A stretch of 64,000 nucleotides of DNA from positions 930,001 through 994,000 of the forward strand of contig BQFW01000002.1 of the NCBI GenBank assembly GCA_020891255.1. Direction: 5' to 3'. The DNA is from Entomortierella parvispora E1425. Lineage: Eukaryota; Fungi; Mortierellomycota. This document shows, in pieces, positions 53,761-64,000 of this stretch. The notes under the pieces were generated by a model. That model made no database searches. It was given only the letters and a program-made list of their open reading frames with translations, and was not told the origin of the DNA. Position 1 is the first letter of the stretch. The number at the start of each line of letters is the position of its first letter. The position numbers and the translations under genes were made by a program.

Positions 53761-55211
53761 TCATGCAGAAATGGTTGACTTTGTAGAGTATTTGAGGATA
53801 TCCAGGCCATGTAGCTCTTGTTCGTGACAGGCGAGGAATTGAGAGACTTCTTCATCAGTGACAAAGACTCTGTATTGGAGTAGGCCAAGGAAGGAGCGTT
53901 CCATGGTGTTGATGTCGCTCAGGGTGTAGAGGGTGATCTTTGAGAAGAGGCGGTTGAGTCCAAAAGAGTCTTCGTCTAGGAACTATGTGACGCGTGAAAG
54001 ATGTTTTTTTTGAGAGTTGTCAGCATCCGGCCGGCTCTGTCCCGTGCATAGGGTCGAGACACTCTCCGACTCTGACATAAACAAGACAACCCATTAAAAA
54101 CACATGGTCATGACCCCGAGGAGAGGGAAAGGAGAGCGGGTCGAGTGAGCGATTGAGGCGCAGGACTCGGTCGGACTTGAGGTGGATGAGGAAAGAGGAT
54201 TGAGAGTGTCGCGGTAGGGCATAACAAATAGAATAGTACTTTGAGCTTCATATCCAACCCACCACCTCATTTTGAGTTATATGAACTGCATTTCAGAGAT
54301 GGAACGACTGTCTGTTCGTTTTCTCGTCCATCTCAACTTTTTTTTCTTTGGAGCGCACCTGCCGCCTTCGTCTGTCCTGCGGACAGGGATGACTGTTGCG
54401 CGTGTTGTTGAGAGCCAAAACTGAATAGGGAGACGGAAGAACCGAGAAGGAAGGAGGAGGAGGAGGAAGGGGAGGTTGGAGTGACGGGAAAAACAGAGAG
54501 CGATGCTCCAAAAAACAAAAAAAAACATGCCTCCGCCCAAGCGCAATTACCCTCATGTCCGATCGTTTCAACTTGTATTACCTTTTTGACAACCAGGAGT
54601 GCCGACAGGATGATCTTGAAGGGTGTATCCGGATCTCCTCGTGCCATGCTCGTCAGCACTTTCTTGAGTCGGTCCACATAAATCAAAGAGATGACAAGAG
54701 CCAGTTCACTGACTTTGGCATGCGCGCAGATCGTGCGTAGAAAATGAATCAACCCTGGTTGGCTAATTGACTGATCCGAAGGAGAGGATACTGAAAGTGA
54801 AGGAGGAAGAACAAGAACGGGCGATACACCATTATTGTGGTTGTTGTTCTTGTTGTTGACGGTCGTTACATCTTGTTCCTGATCCCCATAGACCTCCGAT
54901 CCTCGCGTTTCAGTTCCTAGCTGGCTCGTTGCACTCATGTGTTCCATCAGCAGTGACGATGACGAGAACGATGACGAGGCAGAGGTAGATAACATTGACG
55001 ATGCAGAGGACCAAGAAGAACAGATCTCTGTTGAACACAAGGACGTGGGGGAGAGATTGGATGTCGGAGAGGAGCATGCGATCGCTGTTATTGCTGTGGG
55101 CGATGGTTTGGGGGCTGTCGGCATTGACCTTGCCCTGGATAGAAACGCCGGAGCCGCGGGCGGGCATGGCAACACGGACAGGACAGATCCAGCTGCGAGA
55201 GCTTTCTCCAT
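53761..55211 (-). CDS. Pho85-type (PCL) cyclin, 2 exons (55211-54582, 53982-53761), ~283 aa
   Basis: Cyclin box LIHFLRTICAHAKVSELALVISLIYVDRLK...KIILSALLVVKK|FLDEDSFGLNRLFSKITLYTLSDINTMERSFLGLLQYRVFV; the second exon is not in the ORF track. Confidence 0.85.
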
Positions 55212-56684
55212 TTCAATTGGAGACAATAAGACAAGAAAGAAAAAAAACAATACAAATTCCAATTCAGTGCGATGTTTGTCGAATAACAATGAGGGATCCA
55301 TTGAGTAGAGCAAAAGCGTGGTGATGGCACTCATTGTGGCAAAAAAAAGAAAGTATTCCCTCTCTCTATCTCCCGTCCAAAATGACAAAAAGAGATGTTG
55401 CCAGGGTGTGCTGGATAATGGTTATCAGGATGAATGAGTAAAATGAACGAGTTGCAGTAGACATGATCACCGTCGTTTCTTTTCCGCTTTCACTTTTGTC
55501 ATCTGTGCAACAGAGAAGGCGAGACACCACAACAGCATCTGAAAAAAGCGCAGAGGTGCCGAGGGGGAGGAGAAAGAAAGAAAGAGGGGGAGTAGGAGAA
55601 AGGCTTTTTAACCCCAGTCATCCAAGGAGGTATAAATGTTACTAGACCCTTGATTTTCAGTTTTCAAATGAACTGAAAATTGCCGACAAGAAAGTGCAGG
55701 AGGAAGAGGAGGAAGAGGAGGAGGAGAAGAAGAAAGGACGAGCAAGAACAGGGGTCGAGATGCTTTCCTTACACAAAAGGGCCTCGGGACATTGGGCAAG
55801 GGTGTCGTCCGGAGGAAGATCAGGGTCTGAGACTGTGTCCATGATGGCGATTGAATGGGTGAGCAAGTGTTGATGGTGACACGGACGGATGCAGAGGGAA
55901 GGTTTCTGGCTTTATGATTGATGAGGACGTCTATTTGCTTGGAAGAGAAGCAGGAGAGGAGGGGAAATGAGAGAGAAGGAGGAGGAGGGGCGATGGGGGG
56001 AACAAAGAACGAGGTAAGGCAATGGAGTGATTGGGGTGAGGTGAGAGAGAAAGTGAGGGACGGAGGGGATAAAGACAACTGAGAAAAGAGAGAAAGCGAG
56101 GATTGGGCCATCATTTAAGTACCCCCAAAGTGAGGCTGGAGTAGCAACTGATGTGTTGTTGACCATGGCCATGATTGGTCCCGCTGACCATGTCCATCTT
56201 CTATATTAACATAAATGTAGGGCGGACCTAGGAATGTTCATACCAAGGGACTAGACTTCACAGGGAGGTGCTGTCCATGTCAGCCATCCACAAAGAGTTC
56301 CCGCGCAGCGTCTCAACTGGACACAGCCCTTCCAATCATGGACACCATTGGATCCATCGACAGATTAGATCGGCGGAGCGAGAGCAAAGGCCGAGAGGGA
56401 ACAAACAACATACAACACAGGGCCAGCAACGGGCGATCTCTACCAACAGCCAGAGACACCAACAAACAGACAGCCGCACGACCACAGGAAAAGGCGCTGT
56501 CAATGACCGCCACCAAATGTGATGGAAAGCCTCTTCTTCCTTTTGTTCCATCTCTCTCCATCTCTCTCTATCTGTCCACCGTCGGTATCGTTGGTATCGT
56601 TGGTATCCCTTCACCATCGGTTCCCGGTTATTCTTGCCCTTCTCTTTGTTGACTCTTTGCTTGCACCTTCCACCACTGATCCAC

Positions 56685-58020
56685 ATGGACAACATGCCGA
56701 CACCTCCGGGTCTGGCAACCTCTTCTGACTTTGCTGCGACCCTCAGCTCCATGCAGGCTTTTCTCAAGAGGAGAGATCTGGAAAAAGAAAGGAGTCAGGG
56801 AACAGAGCAAGAGCAGGGGTGCCAGGAGGAAGAGTCGCCGTCCTCCATCGCCTCAGATGCCTCTCTCGTTGCTGCCGAGGCTACTCATCAAGATCAGGGT
56901 CAAGATGAAAGCCACAAAGAGCCTGCACCATCTCGAATGCCTATCGCGTCCAAGTACAGGCAAACTTCCTCTTTGTTCGACGTCCATTCTCCAAATACAC
57001 GCCAGGAGCAGTATCCTCACTTTTGCGAGGCCAGTTCTTTAGAAGAGATGGAGATTGTCGAGGCCAGCGAGCAGCCTGGAGTTGACAGAGCTGCAGGTGT
57101 TGAAGCTAAAGCCAGGGTCGAGGACCACACACCTGGACGACTTGATGGATCAGCCCGCTGTGATGTTATTATATGTAAGATCACTCGCCTCCTAACATCT
57201 ACCGATGGGAGCGCGTTCCTTTCATCTGCCAAAGAGCGTCTTGGGTGGCCTCCAAACAGTACATTCGACTGTTCACCCCAGATTATACGCCGTGCTACTG
57301 ATCCAGAGTCCGTCCCCATTGCCCTCGAACAGGAAATGTCGCAGCCGCTGCAGCGCCCCTCTGTGGCATCTCTCTCGGAATCCAAATGGGCTCGTCAAAA
57401 GATCAGTTCATCAGCAACCTTGGGTCCTATCATGCAGTCCAGGGGAGATCTGACGCCGCCATTGCGCACTTCACCAGTGCCCATGCACTTCGCCGACAGT
57501 GAGCCAACGATACTCGCAAGAAAGTCTACAGTGAATTCGAACGACAAAATCTGCTACACCCGTCCCTTCCTTTTGGCATTTTCAGGCTATAAGGTTCCTC
57601 CTTCAGGCATTGGGCGCATTCAAACCGCAATCAAGGAAGGAAACAACAAAATCGTGGGCCGCCCCAATGTTGGGATCACGCAAGCAGTGTCGTTTGTTTC
57701 GAGAAGCAACACCTTATCTGCTCGATCAGATCTGGATGAATTGCAAGACTCGTGGCCAAGAACCGCAGGGACTGCTACCGCACAACATGTCCCCGCCTAT
57801 GACATGTCCACTGCATCACCTTCAGGCCGACTAAGGTAAGCCGGCACTCTGATGTTTGCGATCGGATCAAAGCTTTATTTATTAACGTGGGCTTATTATT
57901 CTCAATAGCGGTGCTGTCTTCAGGTTCAAGCAGCCAGAGTTGATCGACCCACCATCCGGAGGATATAGAGATTATCCTACCACAGCCATTCGCAGCTTCC
58001 GTTCTCGCAGTGTGTCATAA
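56685..58020 (+). CDS. Uncharacterised disordered protein with canonical eIF4E-binding motif (YTRPFLL), 2 exons (56685-57835, 57909-58020)
   Basis: Long S/P/E-rich ORF; phase-2 GT-AG intron restores the frame (GRLS|GAVFRFKQPELID...RSRSVS*). Start codon uncertain. Confidence 0.7.
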
Positions 58021-58129
58021 AGCCAGGTGCCCTTCTAGGCGATTCTCACGATCTTTCAATAAAGCAGGGGCGATTGCCTATTATTGTAGCTTCTCATGAC
58101 TGCCTTGTCAGTCTGTGTGGCTTCTAATT

Positions 58130-58816
58130 TTAACGACTCAGCAAGACAACGGTTACGATGACCATCATTGCCGTCCAGATTAAAGTTGTACTCTCAGATG
58201 AACCCCTCCAGAGATAGGATAGGGAACCGTCAGAAGCCTTAATTCCACCTTCCTTTGGTAGGAACTGATCCCAAAAGTGGCTCTGCATTTGATCATCCGC
58301 AGGTCCTGCTGCAGGAAGTACCTTGCCATAGCTGACAGACTGAACAACCAAAACAGATTGTGGCGCCTTAGGAATACTGGTCGGTGGTGGAGGCTGTGCA
58401 GCGGCGGCGCCCTGGGTGGGTGTGATGGTCAGTGTCAATGTCGTTGTTGTTCCATTGATGACACTAACGGTGGTGATAGTTGTGGGCTTTGGTGGTGCCG
58501 CCGATCCGGTGATGGTGGCGGTGGTCGCGCTGTCGTGGTTGTCATGGTGCTTCTCCCCACTACCTTGAGTTGGTGTAGGTGGATCACCACTCGGCGCAAT
58601 GGCACGTTGGTTGTTGGGGTCTGCTCCAGGTTGGGGGGCTGGCGGTGAAGAGGCAGGTACCCCGTTGTTCGACTGTGCGACCACAAGAACGAGAAGTAAA
58701 CCGAGAATAACAACCTGGATAAGCAAGCTCCGCCTCCATAGCCGGTGATGATGAGGTCGAATATGTCTCGAGACCGAGGATGGTTTTAGCACAAAGAGAG
58801 GTGCCGGCAGGGTCAT
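58130..58816 (-). CDS. Probable cell-surface / GPI-anchored T/P/S-rich protein, intronless
   Basis: Hydrophobic N-terminal segment (SLLIQVVILGLLLVLVVA), T/P-rich stalk, C-terminal hydrophobic tail with no cytosolic domain (TLIWTAMMVIVTVVLLSR*). Confidence 0.7.
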   Translation of the reverse strand: MTLPAPLFVLKPSSVSRHIRPHHHRLWRRSLLIQVVILGLLLVLVVAQSNNGVPASSPPAPQPGADPNNQRAIAPSGDPPTPTQGSGEKHHDNHDSATTATITGSAAPPKPTTITTVSVINGTTTTLTLTITPTQGAAAAQPPPPTSIPKAPQSVLVVQSVSYGKVLPAAGPADDQMQSHFWDQFLPKEGGIKASDGSLSYLWRGSSESTTLIWTAMMVIVTVVLLSR

Positions 58817-60808
58817 GTCTGAAGGCTGAGGAGTGAGAAAAAAAAAGTAGGTAAAAAGACACTTTTTTTGTGGCGGGGTGCCAGCGCAATGGGGAATAAG
58901 AGGAGATGGGGCTTGCCTCCGGGTCTGAAGAGCGACTACGTATCAAGAAGGGTTGGTTCGTTTCTTCGCCTAGTCACAGCAATTGCCAGGAAGGACTCCT
59001 TGATTTTTTTTGCCGTCTGTTCTGTCTCCTTGCAATCTTAAGGTGCTTCCAGTCCCCATCGCGGTGTGCAGCATTTGCCCCTCCCCCTCCGTCTTCTCCT
59101 TTCCTCAGTCTCATTTGTCAGATGGCCGCGGGGGTGCCAAATAAAGTGACCATCATACAAACTGAAGGACGCCAAGCCCCAGAGAACGCTGAAAGAAGCG
59201 ATGAGGTTCGTTTCCATCCCTGTGGACTCGGGGATGAGCTGCGAACTAGGTGGAGGGAGATATGAAGGAAGGGGAGTTCTCAATGTTCTTTTTTTAATGC
59301 TTACGCGACAGATACCCTTCACTCTATATTCACATCCACCCTCACAGCCAATGTGGATGTTTCAACGCACGGACAACTGAAAACTTGAAAAATATGACAA
59401 CGCGTCGAGTCTTTCTCGCCTCTCAACTCAACCGTACCTACCAGAAAAGTTCTCGAAACAAAAAAAAAGGTCATAGAGAAAATCGGGTTTTCGTTGTTCC
59501 ACAAGGAAGGGCAAGAATGATGTTCAAGGAACGCCAGGCGCAACCGAAAGAGGCTGCCTCCTATTGAGAGTGTTGGCTGGTGCGAGAAGGAATCTACCAG
59601 TTGAAGAGGGGTACAACAGTGGCGCGCTCCGCTCCTGTAAGTTGCGTAAACGACTGGCAGTCTATCATTTATGACACGCACATTCTCTCACGCTGAGTCT
59701 TCTCCTGGATTCCAAGTCTCCCCTTCATTTAATACTCGAGTTTTCCATTCTATTCTATCATCAATATTTCGAGAGCATGTCAAGATTGGGCAGTCCATCA
59801 TCCCATTCGTAAGGTAAGAACGGTCATTTCTGACGGACTAGAAAAAAGCTCAGTGGGATTTTTACGGCGCCATCTTCTTCCGCTTTGGATCGAGTACGAC
59901 AGCAAAGAGAATCGATCCCAATCTTGAGGTGGCTCCAACTCTGACAAAGGTGGAGAACAGAACAAAGAATCAGCTCTCGCACTGCACAGGGAGCCCATGT
60001 AAAAAAGATCTTACAACTATGCTCTCTACGGCATCATCCATGACAAAAAAAAAGAGCGGGACAGGGCTTTGGGACGAGGACGGTAGATGCGCTACCTTTT
60101 TTTACATTCCCAAGTTCATTTATGCAAACGAGGCTGGAGGTAGAGGACTTTTCCCTTGCACAAGCTGATTCCAATAGGTGAAAAAAAATAAACAACCGAA
60201 GATACAAACAAAAAGCAGTAAAAAAAGGACCATCACCACACAAGCACACAAGCAAAGATGTACAACGTGCTAGATCCCAAGGACCCAACATTGGAAGGAC
60301 GGACGGACGCCGGACCAACAGATGGCACAGGAACAAAACCAAGAGGGAAGAGATGTGGTTGAGCTGTGTACATGTGTGTGGATGTCATATCGCGTCCCGT
60401 TGCGGTTTTCGGCATTGAGAGTTCTCCGTCCCATCTATCAAGTCGGCTCTTTCTGTTCCTGTCAATTGCAGGAGAGGTCATTTCGCTTCTCTTCCTCTGC
60501 GCATCACTCTCCTCCTCATCGTCTTGGGTACTTGCATCCGACTCTCTTGATTTCATCCTTCGGTTGCACAGCGCCACTTCCCCCCAGCTCCTATAGTCCT
60601 ACCTATTCTGAACACGAACAAAACGACGGCACATTCCTTTTCACGCGTCAACAAACAAGAAGTCCGAACCTTCGCCACTCATTTTCCTCTCTCTCTTCCC
60701 TTCTTTTCAACTCACTCTACCGAGCACGTTGTATCATCCTTTGTTACATGATAGTTCTCGTTTCCCCTCTTCGGCAACCACTTCACGCACCCACGAGCTT
60801 GTCTTTTA

Positions 60809-60861
60809 CCCGACCCTGACCCTGACCCTATCCCTATCCCTGACCCTGACCCCGACCCCGA
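60809..60861. repeat. Telomere-variant hexamer array (CCCTGA/CCCTAT/CCCCGA), nine C3-4 tracts
   Basis: CCCGA CCCTGA CCCTGA CCCTAT CCCTAT CCCTGA CCCTGA CCCCGA CCCCGA read directly. Confidence 0.85.
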
Positions 60862-63328
60862 CTTTGACTATTTATACTATGGTCATCCGCTGCCTCTCGG
60901 AATAATCCTTGTCCCTTTTTTTTCTCTTCAAATCGTCAGCCTTCTTCCTCGACCTCTCCACAATTGACGCAGTCTCGACCGAACCCTGATCCAACCTCGA
61001 CTATCAAACCCTTAGCAACCCTCAGCAAAGTGAGTACCATCCCTTGATACATACTTCGTATCAACATCCAGTCGACATCACGAGCAGTTGATGTCTATTC
61101 AAACCTCATGGACGATATCCGCCAGTACAGCACCCACTTCATATCTTCTGTAATTCCTGAAAAGATTTAAGCGTGAGAGAGTAAACAGGGACGATAGACC
61201 AATGGCCACTGTTTTTTGCCTCTCATTCTCTCTCGCATTCTCGTCTCTCCCCTGACTCCTCTTCCTTCCCTCATCCCTTTGGTCCAACACAAGTCCCCTC
61301 CAGCCCCCCCGCCGCACGTACGCACTACCCCACCTCCTTTATTTGGTTATTGGCCTGTCCTATTCAATCAGTCCTATTCTTTCAGATGTATGCCTTTACT
61401 TTTCAGCATGCCAGCGCATAGATAGGTCCCCCTGCTCCTTCGATTGCACCCCTTGCGACCAACTTGGTCTATCCCCTCTGACCATCAATGGCTGCATTTT
61501 ACCCCCCACTTCTTTCTTCACACTTGAGTTTACTCTCTTGGGGAAAAACCTCGTTTTGTTATTATTCTTTGGATTCGCAAAAGACCAGTAGCGATTCTTC
61601 CCCCCCTTCCACTTTGACCTAAAAAAAAGGACAGTGATTCGAGGACGAGCGCGTCTTTCTTTGTGTGTGTGTTTGTGGGTGCTTGTGCGCGTCTGATTTC
61701 CCTGGGCATTGGTCATCGTCAACCACACAGAAGCGCTTCTCCAGCTGGGAAGGCCGGAACCACTACACCGTTCACATCTAGACTTGTCTTCCTGTGCAAT
61801 GAGAGGATCCATAGTGATCGTAGTGGTTTGTTCCCAGTGGGGACCTCTGACTCTTCTTGGTGGTTTGTCATACCTTGAAAAGTCAATGCTTTGGGGTACG
61901 AGAGGAACCTTGAGCTGCAAGGTGTCGATTGCTTCCGTGAGCTGTGCTCAAGCTGAGATCTCAGGTCTGGTTTTTAGGGGAGAAAGGGTATCTCACCACT
62001 GGCGCTCGCTGGGACTACGGGCGGATGCGGATGGGTCCAGCACTCCAAGGGACACAAGGCCTTGTATGGTAATGATGGTGTTGGTGGTTTGTTCATTCTA
62101 CTCTGCCTGGATCATTCGGCCTCCTGGCTCTTTTGCTTTCTCTTTCCTCTCTCTCCCTCCCTCTCTTCTCTCTCTTTCCTCGCTTGGATATATTCATTTC
62201 TCTTTCCTTCTCGTAACTCATTCGCAGACCTTTCACCCTTCTCTCTGCTCCTATTCCGCCTTCCTATCCCTCACCTCTGATTTTGATGATCGGAATACAT
62301 CTATAGCAAACAACCTGGATGCCATTTCCTATTGACTTGTTCAACCCCCCACAGCCATTCGCCTTATTATCATATCTGGGGCGTACTTGAGTACCACACT
62401 CCCCTTCACCCATATCACGTATGTATTCATACCCCAGGCAGGACTTCCGCTCTCGACGGTTCAGTACTGCTCCGGGTCTGCAAACCCTTCACCTGCACCC
62501 CTTCTGCTTCTGGCTTACTGCCTTTGCACAAGCGATACACCCGAGACGCCTCCGCGCGTCTAGGTTGTGTAGGCTATTTCTGGCTCCCCATGGCCCCGCC
62601 CTTTTCTTTTACTTGTCTAGTATATGGCCTCACACGCGTGTTTCCTTATTCACTCACTGGGTTCAGGATGACCATGGAGATGTGTCAGCACGACGCGCTT
62701 GGTTGTCTGTCCAAGTTGTCACTCTGCTATTTTTTGGTTGTTGAGGCTCAACCTCCTGGCGGTGTGTCCTCCCGGCAGGTTTTGAGCTTGCTGTTTCTAT
62801 TCTGCGTGCTCGCAGGCGCTCTTACTCTATCTCTTTCTCTCTGTCACTCTCTTTCTCCTCCTACGTGCCGCTCTCTCTGTCTCTCTCTCTCTCTCTCTCC
62901 TTCTCCTGTCGAATTATTTAACCCATTTGGGGAGTCGTCGGTGCGAGCCATTGTCTCCTGAAAAACCCATTTGTCCTCCACGTTGGAGAGAGAAGCTCAT
63001 TTTTTTTCTGCAAAGGACAAACACGCCAAGCGCGTTCAAACCTACAAACAAACATGGTTTTTTTTTCTTTTCGTCCATTCATATTTTCTCTCGCTCTGTT
63101 GTCTTTTTATATCCTTCCAGTTCTCTTTTGACCTATCAATCGGCTTTGGACTTGTGTGCCTTTTTTTTTATCCCATGCAACGCTGTACCTTGTGTCCCTC
63201 TGTTGCCGATATCTCAATACCCCGCCCACTTCACAACACAACAAATGACAAAAAAACAGCACTACCAACAACATCTCGAGTCCAAAAAGAGGTTGATGCA
63301 GCTTTTGAGAACTAACCCATGCCGTTCC

Positions 63329-63330
<2 letters not shown>

Positions 63331-63374
<44 letters not shown>
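63331..63374 (+). repeat. (CT)22 microsatellite
   Basis: Perfect CT run in the leader of the last gene. Confidence 0.9.
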
Positions 63375-63377
<3 letters not shown>

Positions 63378-63722
63378 GCCCTGGCATCTTCCTCTTCTCC
63401 TTCCTGTCCCTAGTTTTCTTGAAATCCGTCCCAACTTGTGCGACCATCGAGTCCGGAGCATTTTTTTTAACCCTCTCTTCTTTACCTCTCCCGCTCTGTC
63501 GTACACCATTCATTCACCTCATATCTGCAACCATTCCAGCTCGATCCTCATAAGCAACCCTTCTTGATCCGATACCCTTTCCTCCCTCACTTCACTGCTC
63601 TTGCGCCTCGCATTCACTCTCTCACACACAGAGCGCGTACCTTTTCTCCGTTCCTCTCTCTCTTACTCTCTCTTCCCCTTCCTCCGTTCATCCTTCTCGA
63701 TCTTGACCACAAGCACACCAGT

Positions 63723-64000
63723 ATGAACGGCATCATCCGAGTCGACTCCCACCAGGGATTGGTGATGAACATGAAGAAGAAGCAACAACAACAACAACAG
63801 TCGACCATCGAACACTCTAGTCCTTCTTGCAACACCAACAACAGCATGAGCAATGCCAATGGCAAAACATATCAGCAACAGCAACATGGACGAGGAGGAC
63901 AGCGACCAACACTCAACAACGTCTCCTCGATGAGTCTGAACCCTCACACAGCACCTATTTCTGCAGTTGTTGCACCCTCCATGATCAGTAACGCGATGAC
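63723..64000 (+). CDS. 5' fragment of a Q/N/S-rich protein running off the window end
   Basis: ATG 63723 opens a stop-free frame to 64000 (MNGIIRVDSHQGLVMNMKKKQQQQQQSTIEHSS...), after a long CT-rich leader. No domain visible yet. Confidence 0.6.
   Translation, partial: MNGIIRVDSHQGLVMNMKKKQQQQQQSTIEHSSPSCNTNNSMSNANGKTYQQQQHGRGGQRPTLNNVSSMSLNPHTAPISAVVAPSMISNAM

Noticed and set aside
61396-63553. ORFs of 170-210 aa in the terminal non-coding region
   Set aside because: Non-ATG or weak starts, compositions dominated by S/L/F/C from pyrimidine tracts, no recognisable domains.

Overview
Eukaryotic, gene-dense, intron-rich fungal DNA. Splice signals, poly-A/T tracts, microsatellites and protein sequences suggest an early-diverging fungus of the Mortierellaceae/Mucoromycota type; this taxon call is inference. 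I can reconstruct about 26 protein-coding genes and one tRNA-Glu(CTC). Most are conserved housekeeping or signalling genes: PKA regulatory subunit, RGS, NDUFA11, PKC1, UBL3, RBM39, PGS1, eIF4E, AMPK/SNF1 beta, YAE1, VMA21, CAPZA, RPS4, ZDS1, GEM1/Miro, pantothenate kinase, LAMTOR3, SEC12, a CCR4-like nuclease, HSE1, ATP18 and a PCL cyclin. LAMTOR3 and most of ATP18 are invisible in the ORF track because their exons are short. The standout is an intronless secreted precursor (5196-5984) built from four 180-bp repeats. Each repeat encodes two related, dibasic-site-flanked beta-strand peptides (A and B) whose charges and side-chain sizes are reciprocally swapped. It is a candidate Kex2-processed two-peptide functional amyloid or surfactant system, reminiscent of Ustilago Rep1 repellents and Streptomyces chaplins. 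Other leads are an orphan disordered protein with a canonical eIF4E-binding motif, a Cys-rich insertion in Yae1, a GC-AG intron in AMPK-beta, possible intronic structured RNAs and an interstitial telomere-like G-tract array. Gene models were built by eye and no database searches were run.
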